Assembly (NCBI GenBank): GCA_964016885.1
Contig: OZ024740.1
Span: 388,678,001-388,742,000, forward strand
From: Eledone cirrhosa
Taxonomy: Eukaryota
Direction of reading: 5' to 3'
Length of the DNA: 64,000 nt
Shown here: positions 13,912-28,017 of the stretch, piece after piece
How the letters are laid out: each line of letters opens with the position of its first letter
Position numbering within the stretch: the first letter of the stretch is position 1
Notes under the pieces: generated by a model
Told to the model about the DNA's origin: nothing
Database searches by the model: none
The model's input: only the letters and a program-made list of their open reading frames with translations
Made by a program: the position numbers and the translations under genes

Positions 13912-14088
13912 AAATATATTATTTTAACTGTAGGAAAATAAACTTATTGTGCTCATGCAAAAATGTATATGAAAAATATATACTCATATATTGCGTTCAT
14001 AAGCAACATTAAATCTATCTATCTAGCTAACTCTTTCTCAGTCTTTCACTTTTCTCATTCTCTCTCCCTATATATAAATATATATATA

Positions 14089-14913
14089 CTAGTAGCTGAG
14101 CCCGGTTGCACCCGGGGCCACTTTTTATTAAGTTAATAATTTGAAAAATATTATTGAAAGTTTATTATAAAGAAGCAGTTTCAGGCAAAAAAATGGAAAT
14201 ATGCACTTGGGGCTGGACGGCGTACAATGAGAAGTGGAGCGACGTGAAAAGCGTTGTTTATTAACAGCGAAATAGCAATGTCGATGATATACAATTTGAA
14301 AAATACTACTTACTGTTAGTGGTGGTTAACATGCATTAGAATTAAAATAAAAACACGCGTCCCTTCTTCGCAATTTAAGGGTTTTATTTCTTTTGATGGA
14401 AAACAGTGACCGTACTGCAGAATCGATTTCATAAAACGGTACTGTGTGATCGTTAAATATAGAAGGACGATAGTTTATTAACAGCAAAATAGCAATGTCG
14501 AGTATATGCAAGTTTAAAAATGCATATTATGAAGGTGTGTATGCTTGTTTACACTTTTTCCTGAAATTGCTTCTTTATAATAAACTTTCAATAATACTTT
14601 TTCAAATTATTGGTACTGTATGTTAACAGCGAAAGAACGTTGATGAGTTTAACAATTTGTATGAAATTGTAAATAACTCAGCGAAGTATTAGAACAGGGG
14701 GAAATAACTCACCGAACGCGATAGTAAATAGACCGTTTAGGGGCCCTATGGACCGCATTTTTCAAGTTAGAGATTTGAAACCTCGTCTATTTGCTTCCTT
14801 AGCACTTTTTACATAGGTGTGTAAATTGTCATGTCGGTCCGACTACGTCTACTACCATTTAACCGTGCACATCTGAATTTCAACCACCACCCATTTCACA
14901 AATATATTTTAGA
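14089..14913 (-). mobile_element. non-autonomous Helitron-like element
   Basis: Minus strand reads A|TCTAAAATA ... hairpin CCCGGGTGCAACCGGG ... CTAG|T. Internal inverted repeat at about 14135-14190 and 14555-14610. Confidence 0.7.
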
Positions 14914-15579
14914 TTATATATATTTAAATATATATATATGTGTGTGTATGTGTGTGTGTGTGTGTGTTTGTGTGTATGTGTAAGTGTTTGCGTGTATGTG
15001 TATGTGAGTGTGTGTGCGTGTATGTGTATGTGAGAGAGAGAGAGAGAGTGTGTGTGTGTGTGTAATTGTCTCCACTAGGCTTAATATAATCTTCAGGTGA
15101 AATCAGCGTACAGTTTGATATAACTTCATTGAAAGACTGACAGACAGGCAGACAGAAGGCCCGACGGATAAATAGATAGATAGATTCATTATTTATCGCG
15201 GTTTCGTCTGAATAGCAAACATCGTAAGATTTCTAAGAATATCTTTTATAGAACTCAACCTTTGCTGTATATTCTTAGTGTATTTTAATTCCATACCCCA
15301 GGAGATTCAAATGTATGAGATATTTATCACCTCGTAAATTTAGATAAATTCTAAGACAATGCAAATATTTTTTTTAAAATCAAACACATTTTAATTCTTC
15401 TTCTTCTTCTTCTTCTTCTTCTTCTTCTTCTTCTCCCTCGATACAACAATAATGTTGTATTTCCCCACTTAATTATAATCTTTGAAATGTTATAAGATGC
15501 AATATACCCCTTCTCAAATGTTGCCAGATTTTGAAAGTAGATTTGTTGTGAAGATGGTTTGAAGTAACATTAATCTATC

Positions 15580-16330
15580 GCGTAATGTTACTTCAAAGAC
15601 CCTTCGGGGGAACTTCATTTCGGCTGCACGTACTAGCGATCGTATTCTTTCATAAGGATTTGCACGAATATAGAATTCAAGATGGCGAGTGTGGTTTTTA
15701 CACCTACCTCCCTTCTGATTACCGAATGCTGAAACTGGCACATTGCTCCACCAGCTCTTGCAATTCTTGCACTTAAGTCAGCCTCTTAGCTTCCATCACT
15801 CGTGAACACGGCCGCGAGTTGCTTGAACTTCTTCACCTGCTTCAGTGGAACTCCATTCACATGTAGAGCGTACTGCACATGCTTCCTTCAGAGAACGAGT
15901 TACTCAGTTTTCGCAGCACTGATTTTCATTCCAGCCACGCAACACCTATCAAGTCGGTGATCATCTTCTGTCGAGTTAAATAACACTGTATCGTCTGCAA
16001 ATTCCAGCCGACTGATTTTACACTTGCCAGTCGTGATACTACTTCTAACTCGGCATAGACACTTAGCATAGACTTTACCGAGGAGGAGATCTCTCTGTAA
16101 AAGGTTCAATCTTTCTCGTCTCCCTTTTTTTTAAGGAGCAGGACCTAGTGAAGGAGGAGTCCGAATACACTGTGAGGAAGTCACTTACACTGCAGTGACT
16201 CCATATTATTAAGACTGAGTCATATATCCTGATGGCAGACTTGAATGCATATGTTGGCACTGGCCACCTTACATAAAAAGGCGTGATTGGAAGGAATTGT
16301 GACCCCGATCTAAATACGAATGGATAGGCA
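15580..16330. mobile_element. rearranged RTE LINE fragments
   Basis: Minus strand: ISRLEFADDTVLF...AGMKISAAKTE and RAAEMKFPRRV. Plus strand at about 16230-16325: DLNAYVG...GVIGRNCDPDLNTNG (APE domain). Confidence 0.75.
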
Positions 16331-16719
16331 TTAATAGATACATTTTAATTAATGATTATTTTTATCTTTAATCTTTAGATGTTCTAATATGAAATTCATT
16401 TGCTCTACATTTATATTTAACTTATATATCTCACTAAAATTACACATTATGACCGACGAATATGAAATAATATGAAATAATACACTGATTCTGAACTCAA
16501 TTGCTTTATGATAAAGAGAAAAAAAAGTAACTTATGTTCGCTGATAGCCAATCAAAATACACTTAATAAACTCATGAACCACAATCGAAATATTGATCTT
16601 ACAATTAACCAAACAAATTAATCGACGACGCATATCGTATTAGTATAAAGTATAATTCTTTACAATCTCTCGTTCTGCAGTTCATATCTGTGAGTATGTG
16701 TTACCTTATAATAATTTAG

Positions 16720-17060
16720 TCAGTCTAATGCCGGGGCTTGAACAACCTCTTCCTGCTTGTACCAGTTTCTGTCGAGACCTCTGCCATCCTTGGTCTCCGC
16801 ACTACTGATTTCCTCAGTAAAGTCGGAAAGACGGCAGTCAGTTTGAGGAGGGAGCCCCGTGGGGTGGGGTAGCTGTTGCTGCGAGTGTCTCAGATCACTT
16901 TCCACAGTAATGATTTTGTGCACGGGGCGCAGCTAAAGCAACACTGAGACTGTGGTGTAGTGGCTGTCCCCACCGTTTCCCTTTCTTTACTCCTTTTCAT
17001 TTTCTCTTTTTTTTTCTTCCTTTTCTGTTCCCCTTTATAGTGTTTTTTTTTTTGTTTTCA
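16720..17060 (+). mobile_element. CRE-like non-LTR retrotransposon 3' end (restriction-like endonuclease C-terminus)
   Basis: The frame from 16741 reads LVPVSVETSAILGLRTTDFLSKVGK...RREPRGVG*LLLRVSQITFHSND, resembling the P.AVET.G...EPRE..WL.QR.S...RGN pattern. Not in the ORF track. Confidence 0.65.
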
Positions 17061-18203
17061 TTATAAATTGTTTTAAATGCTACTCAATAGAAATTGGATG
17101 GCATGATAATATATACTGTCATTTAGCATTAGTTAAATTAGGGTGAAAATAATATATAAAAATGCTATACTCAAAACGTTAAAAAAATGAAAATAAATGA
17201 AAGTGAAAATAAATTACCTGTGTCATTTTGCGATATACTTTAATACCACGAACTCCACTTGTTTTGATTTGACACTTTCAAACTAGAAACTGGCATTCGA
17301 TACATAAAGTAGAGAATTTCTGGTGGAAGAGTTATAGTTATGGCCATAAATTTACATCAGTGGTACCAGCATCTAATAGTATTCATACATAAAACAACTG
17401 ACATGAGTGGAAAATTTGAAGGGATTATAATAACAAGATGTATTGATAAAATCTTTAGAAATATCAAGTGATAGCCGATATATTCTCAATTTGCTCACTG
17501 ATTAAAGAAATAAACGAATATATATATATATTTGAAAATGTGTGAAATCCTTGGTACAGTTAGGTATATTTGAAAAAAGGAAAAAGATGACTTCACTTAG
17601 TTCTAAACAATTTGATTTAATTTTATAATATAATATTATGTGTTAGTAGATCTAGTAAGTTCTTTAACTTCGGTGGGAAGATTTTTAAAGACTCCTGGTT
17701 AACTTTCCTGGAGAACTTTCTCGCATTCGTCAAACTGAGATCAGGTTGTGTTGTGATGTGTGACACTATATATATAAGAGAGATTTGGATGTGTGTGGGG
17801 TGAAGTGTTAATGAGTGTGGTAGTGAAGGAGTATTGATGAAAATTTCAAGGAATTAAAGTATACACATATACATACATCTATATACACATATACACATAT
17901 AAACATATATACACAGAAAATGGTGAATGGTGACAGAAAGATAATTGATTGGGAGTGGAGTTATGAGGTGTTGGGGTGTGTAAGAAATGTTTTGGAAAGG
18001 GGTTGTAAAAGTGCCCTCCTGCTGGTTCCCTTTTAATAAATGATCTTTGATGAATATAATGGCAGGATGTTTTTCAAAACATATATATATATAACAGAGT
18101 TTTGGAGCTTGCTTGAAGCATTGTTTAATAGGAAACACAAATCTAAATTTTGAAGACCAACATTCTGCATACGCAATGTGTTGGTCTTCAAAATTTAAAT
18201 TTG

Positions 18204-18235
<32 letters not shown>

Positions 18236-18429
18236 TTCAGAAAAATGGCGTAAACACAACACAATAGGGGGAAACATGATAATTGTACCACTGATGATGT
18301 TGCAGATGTGCAACGAAGGAAATTTGTTAGACTATATATATATATTTATACCTGTATTTTTGACCGTTGGTCAGTCAATGATAAACATTGATGGCCAAAT
18401 GAATTAACTATGGAGGTATAAAAGATACA

Positions 18430-19190
18430 GAAGCGAAAACCAACCATATTATGCAGTTGGATAGGTTCCTGTTTTTGTTGCACTCACCGATTCTGCTGAG
18501 GAGGTCCTCTGTACTGTCACATACATCTGGGAACATCTTGATTATGGGGCGTATAACCATTGAGAGGAAGTAGGAGATCCTGTAGTTGCTAGCTATATTT
18601 GCTCCGCATACGGGTCTTGTTGGTGGTCCTGTTGTCGGGTCGTCGACTGTCTTGTGGTCTTTGCGGAGCCCATACAAGGGTGGTATGCCATTCATTGTTA
18701 GACGCCTGGAAGTTGTTGGCAGTGCGTCTGCTTGGCTTTAGGATGTCGGTCCACATCATCATGTGAGTGTTGAGGATTTTCTCTCTCCCATCATGTGTTT
18801 GCTGTGCAATTTCGCTCGTGTTGGTGATGTAGTTCGGCATGCTGTCTATTGACATCCTACCAGACTTATCCGTGGGTAGACATACTACCTCACCATCCCT
18901 TGTGCGCTGCTTGAGGCTAACCAAGCCTTCTACAGGTTTCCTCCCAAGTTGTTGGGCCTCTGGTCTGCTCTGTCTCTTAGTATACCGGTCTACTATTTGT
19001 CTAATCTTATTTCTAGCTATGGTGAACTGTGCCTCTGTCTCGTCATCTATTTGTTGTGGTATGCAAACTCTTTTATTAAAGGGTAACCTCGTAGGAGAGA
19101 TATTACCCATCTTATATGTTTTGTTAGCTGGGTTGAAGAATAGTTTCTCTAAGGGGTTGTCATTATATCTATCGTCATAGTTGTGTGTTA
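18430..19190 (-). mobile_element. Penelope-like RT N-terminal fragment, frameshifted
   Basis: VVCLPTDKSG (DKG-type motif) and PPLYGLRKDHK...PTRPVCG. Confidence 0.8.
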
Positions 19191-19200
19191 TATATATATA

Positions 19201-19820
19201 CAAAATTAAATTACGGGTGTCATGTCCGAGAGACATGCGCCATATCCACTGTAGAATATGCTCAAAGATACCAATGAATAGATCCGAGCATTTTATATCA
19301 ACTAGTAATTGATTGACATATATATATATCTAAAATAAACACATGAAACAATCACAGGGAATAATTTGTAAAAGTATGTAAGCACACACAGCTAGGCAGG
19401 TAACTAATTAAAGTTTAACTAGAACTTTAAATATAGATACCTTTTAAAATGATTAATCTTCCTTGTATATTTCACCATCAGGGATTTGGCTACTGTGGTT
19501 TACCAATCGATTGATAGTGAAATATATTTCTTTAATGAAATATATACAAGGAAGATTAATCATTTTAAAAGGTATCTATATTTAAAGTTCTAGTTAAACT
19601 TTAATTAGTTACCTACCTAACTACGTGTGTTTACACACTTTTACAAATTATTCCCTGTGATTGTTTCATATGTTTATTTTAGATATATATATATATATAT
19701 ATGTCAATCAATTTCTAGTTGATATAAAATGCTCGGATCTATTCATTGAAATCTTTGAGCATATTCTACAGTGGATATGGCGCATGTCTCTCGGACATGA
19801 CACCCTTAATTTAATTTTGG
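19201..19820. repeat. ~620-bp fold-back, with a third partial copy at 20037-20243
   Basis: Arms at about 19201-19473 and 19538-19820 are reverse complements. Degenerate YTGATGG...GAAATATATA core near the centre. Confidence 0.9.
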
Positions 19821-20355
19821 ATATATATACAGCCCCTTAATTGTAGAGCTAACTCAGTTGAAAGGACTCGGCTGCTATTTCTAGTTGTCGATAACCCTAT
19901 TCACACCACTGGGATGAAGCTGGTACGATGTGTGTATTTTTTAAAAAATGCAACACGTGCTACTAGTCATTCGCAGAATTGAATTTGCTGTGTAAACACA
20001 GATAGTTAAATCTTCTCCTTTGTTAAAAATCCGGGTTTTGGCTACTGTGGTTTACCGATCGATTGATGGTGAAATATATTTCTTTAATGAAATATATACA
20101 AGGAAGATTAATCATTTTAAAAGGTATCTATTTTTAAAGTTCTAGTTAAACTTTAATTAGTTACATTTTTACAAATTATTCCCTGTGATTGTTTCATATG
20201 TTTATTTTAGATAGATATATGTCAATCAATTTCTAGTTGATATATATATGTGTATATATATATATATTTTTTTTTTTTGAAGACTAAAATCCAAAGAGGA
20301 CTCGATAAGGATAAATATATATCAAGTATATAAGAACCGTAGAGCAAATATTTAT

Positions 20356-20620
20356 TAAAATAACAGATTTAAGTTTAAGCAAAGAATCGCTGCTTTCACC
20401 CTTAACGGGATCTTCTGAAACTAACAAAGTCAATCTGTAAACGCAGAAGTGGATATTTCATAAAACGTTGCAACCGGAGGAAGACAGGAAGACGATACTT
20501 TGGTTCGTGGAAACGTTCCCTATGCAAATCTGCGTTTACAGATTGACTTTGTTAGTTTCAGAAGATCCCGTTAAGGATGAAAGCACCGATTCTTTGTTTA
20601 AACTTTAATCTGTTATTTTA
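20356..20620. repeat. fold-back with ~90-bp arms
   Basis: TAAAATAACAGA...GTAAACGCAGA and TCTGCGTTTAC...TCTGTTATTTTA. Confidence 0.9.
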
Positions 20621-20632
20621 ATATATATATAT

Positions 20633-20837
20633 AAAACCACAGACCTTCCACCTCAACTCACCTTTTGAAAAGCAGAAGAACTGCGAAACCGGTAAAGGAA
20701 CCAAATAAATATATATATTTAAAAAAAAAATAAGACTCCAGTTGCATTTTCGATTTCATCTCTTTTTCTTTATACTTTCACTCGTGTAGGACACCTCGGT
20801 TATTTTTCAATTTGTAAAAAATAACCTCACTTTCTAA

Positions 20838-20838
<1 letters not shown>
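20633..20838 (+). mobile_element. solo pLTR of the PLE at 28018-29880, with hammerhead at 20661-20698
   Basis: CCTT-TTGAAAA-GCAG aagaa CTGC-GAAA-CCGG-TA-AAGG. Matches the reverse complement of 28018-28215. Flanked by (TA)n. Confidence 0.85.
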
Positions 20839-20868
<30 letters not shown>

Positions 20869-21087
20869 GTATGACCCGAATTACTTGGTCGTTTTTATGG
20901 CTGCGCGGATGATTGTTTAACCATCGACTCAGTGTGTTTGTCCTTTAACGTATGTTGTAGCTCTAGTTCATCTGAATCAGTGAGCGCTTGCCACACGTCT
21001 CGGAAGTTGTTTTTCGGTAATTCCTAAGTCGAAATACGATTCTCGCTAATTTATATTTGTGTATATATATATATATATATATATATA

Positions 21088-21271
21088 ATGAAATGACAGG
21101 AGGCTGGACTTGTGGTTTATTATACTATGATCATTTCAATGACCCGGTTCCGTATGAATCTGGTGATATCATCAGGTATACCGGATTCATACGGAACCCG
21201 GTCATTGAAATGATCACAGTATAATAAGCCTTTCAAGGATTTACACAAGTCCAGCCTCCTGTCATTTCATT
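21088..21271. repeat. fold-back containing a hammerhead at 21122-21179 (-)
   Basis: Minus strand reads ATAC-CTGATGA...GAAA-TGATCA-TA-GTAT. The plus arm starts inside stem II. Confidence 0.85.
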
Positions 21272-21495
21272 ATAATATTTAACTCCGTACTAGCACCACC
21301 AACTACAAAAACAAAGACGGTTGAACTGCTTTAGGTTGAGTACTCTCCATATTATTACATTAAGATTGACCATATGGAATTGACCGGCTCTATCCAGTGG
21401 TGAACCTCAAACCTGAATATATATATTTATGTAAGAAACAACATAAGGCAATTATTCCATTTACCAGTGGTTTCTTAAAAGCAAAAGATTTTTTT

Positions 21496-21549
21496 CATTC
21501 TGATGATGGAAAGCAAAGTTTTTTGCTTTTAAGAAACCACTGGTAAATG
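21496..21549 (+). ncRNA. type-I hammerhead motif inside fold-back 21430-21578
   Basis: CATT-CTGATGA-tgg-AAAGCAAA..TTTGCTTT-taa-GAAA-CCACTGG-TA-AATG. Confidence 0.75.
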
Positions 21550-21646
21550 GAATAATTGCCTTATGTTGTTTATTACATAACTATTAAGCTCTGTTACCTA
21601 CATAGAGCACTCTTTTTCCTGGACTTTTCCGACGGAATTACTTCAC

Positions 21647-21771
<125 letters not shown>

Positions 21772-21775
21772 GAGT

Positions 21776-21826
<51 letters not shown>

Positions 21827-21840
21827 GTATATATATAAAT

Positions 21841-21921
<81 letters not shown>

Positions 21922-21928
<7 letters not shown>

Positions 21929-22267
21929 GTGAGGGTTTTTTTACAAAATGAAAAATAACCGAGGTGTCCTACACGAGTGAAAGTATAAAGAAAAAAAGAT
22001 GAAATCGAAAATGCAACTGGAGTCTTATTTTTTTTTTAAATATATATATTTATTTGGTTCCTTTACCGATTTCGCAGTTCTGCTTTTCAAAAGTAGAGTT
22101 GAGATGGAGGGTCTGTGGTTTTTCTCACATCTTATGTGAGAAAAACCACAGACCCTCCATCTCAACTCTACTTTTGAAAAGCAGAAGAACTGCGAAACCG
22201 GTAAAGGAACCAAATAAATATATATATTTTAAAAAAAATAAGACTCCAGTTGCATTTTCGATTTCAT

Positions 22268-22270
<3 letters not shown>
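21922..22270. repeat. head-to-head pair of the 28-kb PLE pLTR
   Basis: Centre is GGTTTTTCTCACAT ctt ATGTGAGAAAAACC. Hammerhead at 22171-22206 (+). (TA)n on both sides. Confidence 0.9.
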
Positions 22271-22351
<81 letters not shown>

Positions 22352-22380
22352 GTATATATATATACATATGTATATATATG

Positions 22381-23189
<809 letters not shown>

Positions 23190-23247
23190 TAATATATATA
23201 TATAATATATATAATATATATATATATATATATAATATATATAATAT

Positions 23248-23279
<32 letters not shown>

Positions 23280-23281
23280 AA

Positions 23282-23396
23282 GGCGTGTGGCTGAGTAGTT
23301 AGATAATTGGATTCACATCTTGAGGTTGTGAGTTCGATTCCTGGACCGGGCGATGCGTTATGTCGTTGAACAAGACACTTTATTTCACGTTGCTCC
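23282..23396 (+). mobile_element. SINE family B head, truncated
   Basis: TGGCTGAGTAG, GAGTTCGATTCC and ACACTTTATTTCACGTTGCTCC. Confidence 0.75.
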
Positions 23397-24947
23397 TTCT
23401 ACCTGGAGTTGTGACCGATAGATAGTACTAGAAACTGGAAAGACCAACTAAAACATTGTTTCCTCGGTCTGATTTGACGAAAGTCGATATATATATATAT
23501 AAACATAAATTATCGAGATTCGTATTTCGGCCCACGAAATAACGAAAAACAACCTCCGAGATGTGCGGCAAGTGCTCAATGATTCAGATGAACCAGAGCT
23601 ATAACAAACGTTAAAGGCCAAACACACTGAGACGATGGTTAAACAATCATTCGCATAGCCAAAAAAAAACGATCATGTAATTCGGGTATTGAAAATTTAC
23701 CCGGACCCCTGGAAGGTTTGTAAAATCCATGGTAAATCAAGTACCATCCGCTTACATAAAAAATGTCAGGCTTCTGGTAAGATGATTGAACAAGGAAGGC
23801 ACTTATATATATAAGTGGAAACATGTATGATCGCAGTTAACAGCTGTTTACGTCCATATTACTATCTTACACTTTGTTTACAGTAACCACACAGCCCGCT
23901 ACGTTTCTTCTAATTTTGTATTTACCGCTGTGACACCTCTCTACCTGTTTTGCTCGATTTGTGGTCCCACCACGCTTTCATATCGACTCTCATTCTCTCT
24001 CTTCCTTTTCTCTCCCCCTTCCTCTCCCCCTCTCTCTCTATCCATCTGCTCGTTATCGACCTGGTTTCACACATGTCGTAAACCCCTTTTGGATTATCTC
24101 CCTTTCCCTTCTCCCTCTCACTTATGGTTTCCCCGTCTTTCTCTCTCTCTCTACACTCACTTTGCTGAGATCGCACGGAAAAAGATCGGTCCGCAGTTAT
24201 TTGACCACAAGACGGTTCGTTGTAACTTATTCTATTTTCTCCTGGAATACTCACTTACATGTGCCATTGTCCTACGTTCCCCTTCCACTCGGTTTCTTTC
24301 CTTCGTTTTTCCTCTTTCCTTTTTCCTCTTTCTTCCTCTCTCATCACTATTTTTTTCTTTTTTTTACCTCATAGCCTTTTGATCGATAAAAGGCCTTGGG
24401 CGCGCTGCTGATCGATTTCGATGTCCTGTTTTAAGCGCAGAAACATCTATGATCGCAGTTAACAGCTGATGAAAGGTTTCTTCTCTTGTTTACGTCCATA
24501 TTACTATCTTACACTATATATACATATATATATATATATAACAGAAGCAAGAGGTGATATCAAATATGTACTAACACAGAGGTATGTGTACATATATATA
24601 TTTTTATATATTTATTTCCTATATATTTTTTAATAGTAGCATATTAGAAAAATAGAGTTATTGCGTGTAAGAAGACTTAAACCCAATGCGTTTATACAGA
24701 TATAAATATAATTGTTTCTACGTTAGGCACAAGGCCAGCAATAACCCAGTGTATTACTGGTATACAGATATAAATATAATGAGGAGACATTTAAAGCGTA
24801 GAAGAAAAGTCAGAATTTTGACACAGAACCTATAAAACAAATTAGGTGAGAGAAAGAATTTCTTAAATCATTTAATCCTTACAATTTCTTCGATATAAAG
24901 TTCTTCTTCAAATACAGTGCTAGGCAATATGTAATAATAATAGAAAT

Positions 24948-25162
24948 AATTGTTTCTACTTTAGGCATAAGGCTAGAAATTTGAAGGGGAGGGGAAACTC
25001 GATTAAATTGACCCCAGTGCTTACTGGTACTTTATTCTATCGACCCAGTAAGGATGATAGGCTAAGTTAAGCTCGACGAGATTTGAACTCAGACTGTAAA
25101 GGGCCATAACTCTATGCTGCAAAGCATGCTGTCCGACTCTTTACCGATACTGCTAATCCACC
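24948..25162 (-). mobile_element. SINE family A
   Basis: Reverse complement of the 387-569 family. Confidence 0.85.
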
Positions 25163-25480
25163 TTCAATCTACTGCAAATAATAATAATGGAAACAAGAGT
25201 AATCATGTATAAGACTTAGCCATAATAAAGGAATATATATCTTTTCCATTCTATTTCGTAACTTTATCCAGCCAGCATAGCAATTTTTAAAAGCAGGGTG
25301 TACTACGTGGCATGGGGATGTTCTAGAAGCATGGTCGCGTGCCCAATGACCTCATATCACTATCTATGGATGTGGGAGCCATCAGTGTGACCAGGATTTC
25401 GGAAACGTGCGCTCTAGCCCCCATTTTTAATCTTTGAGATCTACGCATCTCTTAATTGACCTTGAATGTGATGTCATCAG

Positions 25481-26345
25481 TATTATTATTATTATTATCA
25501 TTGTTTTTACATTGTTAGCTGTTCAATACCAGTGAACTGAGGTAAGACCCCTACTTTTCGAGTACCTCCGGAGTATTCGAGCTGTTCCAAACAATATTGT
25601 TTTCTGTAAGTGATCCATCCGTATTGTAATCCCTATTTCTTTGATGTACCTCTCAAGATCTCTACTCACTGTTGCCAAGACAAGTGTTCATCGCCACCTT
25701 TTTCAGTGACCACAACTGCTTAATCTCCAAAGCTAACCTGTCACATCTATCAATAATTTTCCTTCTTTATTGAATACCTTGTTATCAGCTGGACAAGCTA
25801 TATCTATGATCCAACATTGTTTCCTTTCTTTCTCAATTAATACAATATCTGGTTCCTTATTTTCAATCTCATGGTCACACTGTATCGCAAATCCCACAGG
25901 ATATTTGCATCACCTATTTCGATACGCCTTCGGGTGTTATATTCATACCACTTTTCTGCTCTGTCAAGTGTATATTTGCCACATAGTGCCCAACAATGCA
26001 CTATGTTATTGTGAAGTCTCTTATATTCTTTCTGAGCCAGTGGTGTACATTGACAGGTAATATGCCATATCTCCATTAGTGCCACAAATTCTACACTTAT
26101 CACTTTCTGCTTGATGTTGTTAGTACTTAGTGCTTGTTCTTCAGCAGCACAGATTAAGGATTCTCTCTCCTGTTTTAGATTCCATAACCACCAATTTTCT
26201 CTGACTCTCCTACCTTCAACATTTCTATGGAATTTTCCATGCACTTTTTTTTTTTTTGTCCATCAACTTTCAGTTTCATCCATCTTCAAATGCTTGTACT
26301 GTGTTTCTTCTTTACAATCTTCTATTTTACACCCTCTGACATTCT
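25481..26345 (-). mobile_element. R4/Dong-clade LINE 3' fragment, decayed
   Basis: MHGKF...ESLICAAEEQAL...KWYE...ILWD...QKTILFGTARILRR, (TAA)n tail at 25481-25498. Confidence 0.85.
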
Positions 26346-26539
26346 ATAAAGTTAAATATGAGGGCCAAATGCCCAAATATGATAGTCTAATTTCTTGAGT
26401 ACAAAGGCAATCTTATGTCGCACTCAAAACAAACATTTTTTTCAAAATAAGCGTTTTAGAAATGTAATTAATCATTGAACTTACGAGAGTGAATCCTATC
26501 CAAGACGCTCGCTTCATTTCTTCTCTTTGTTATTATATC

Positions 26540-26710
26540 GCTAGAGCGTCGGACAAAACTCTTAGCGGTGGAGTTACGGCCCTTTACGTTCTGAGTTCAA
26601 ATCCCATTGAGGTTAGCTTTGCCTTTCGTCATTACGAGGTCGATAAAATAAAGTACCAGTAATGCACTGGGATAATTTCTGACCTTATGCCAAAAGTAGA
26701 AACAATTATT
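26540..26710 (+). mobile_element. SINE family A
   Basis: B box GAGTTCAAATCC, central domain and GTAGAAACAATTATT tail. Confidence 0.85.
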
Positions 26711-27234
26711 TGTACTTCATGACAATTACATGGGAAGAAACCTGTTGTTTCTATAAGTATCCTCTTAGAAATATTTTCTGAAATGATTTGTCAATCCCAA
26801 TGTTCTGCTATTACAATGAAAACCTATCTCACCATTTTATGCTTCTGTTATACTGTGAAGAGCAATTCTTATAATGTAATTACGTTTATTTCTTACCAAA
26901 CTCTATTCCAAATTTTATAATGCAAAAAAAGAACATACGCACTAAATTTCAACGAATTATTAACAATCATCGTAATATGTTGTATAAAACATTGTATGAA
27001 ATATTAGGTGATCAATCAATATTTTATTGAGTTAAAAATACGTTTGATAAAACACTTTAACCTAAATAGAAAAAATTCAACAGTTTTTTAAAGTAGTAGT
27101 TATAAAACATTATTCTATATCTTTTACCTTTTTTTTTCAATGTAGCTTACTCGATTTGAATATATCAATGTTATATCAAGGAGATACACAGACACATACG
27201 TATATATATATAGGGATAGATAGATATATATGTT

Positions 27235-27906
<672 letters not shown>

Positions 27907-28017
27907 CGGTTTCAACACACGATTTCAGATAAAGAATCTTGCTAAACAAATTCAGAAACGAAATATATATATATATATATATATAAATACATAAATGTAT
28001 ATATATATATAAATGTA

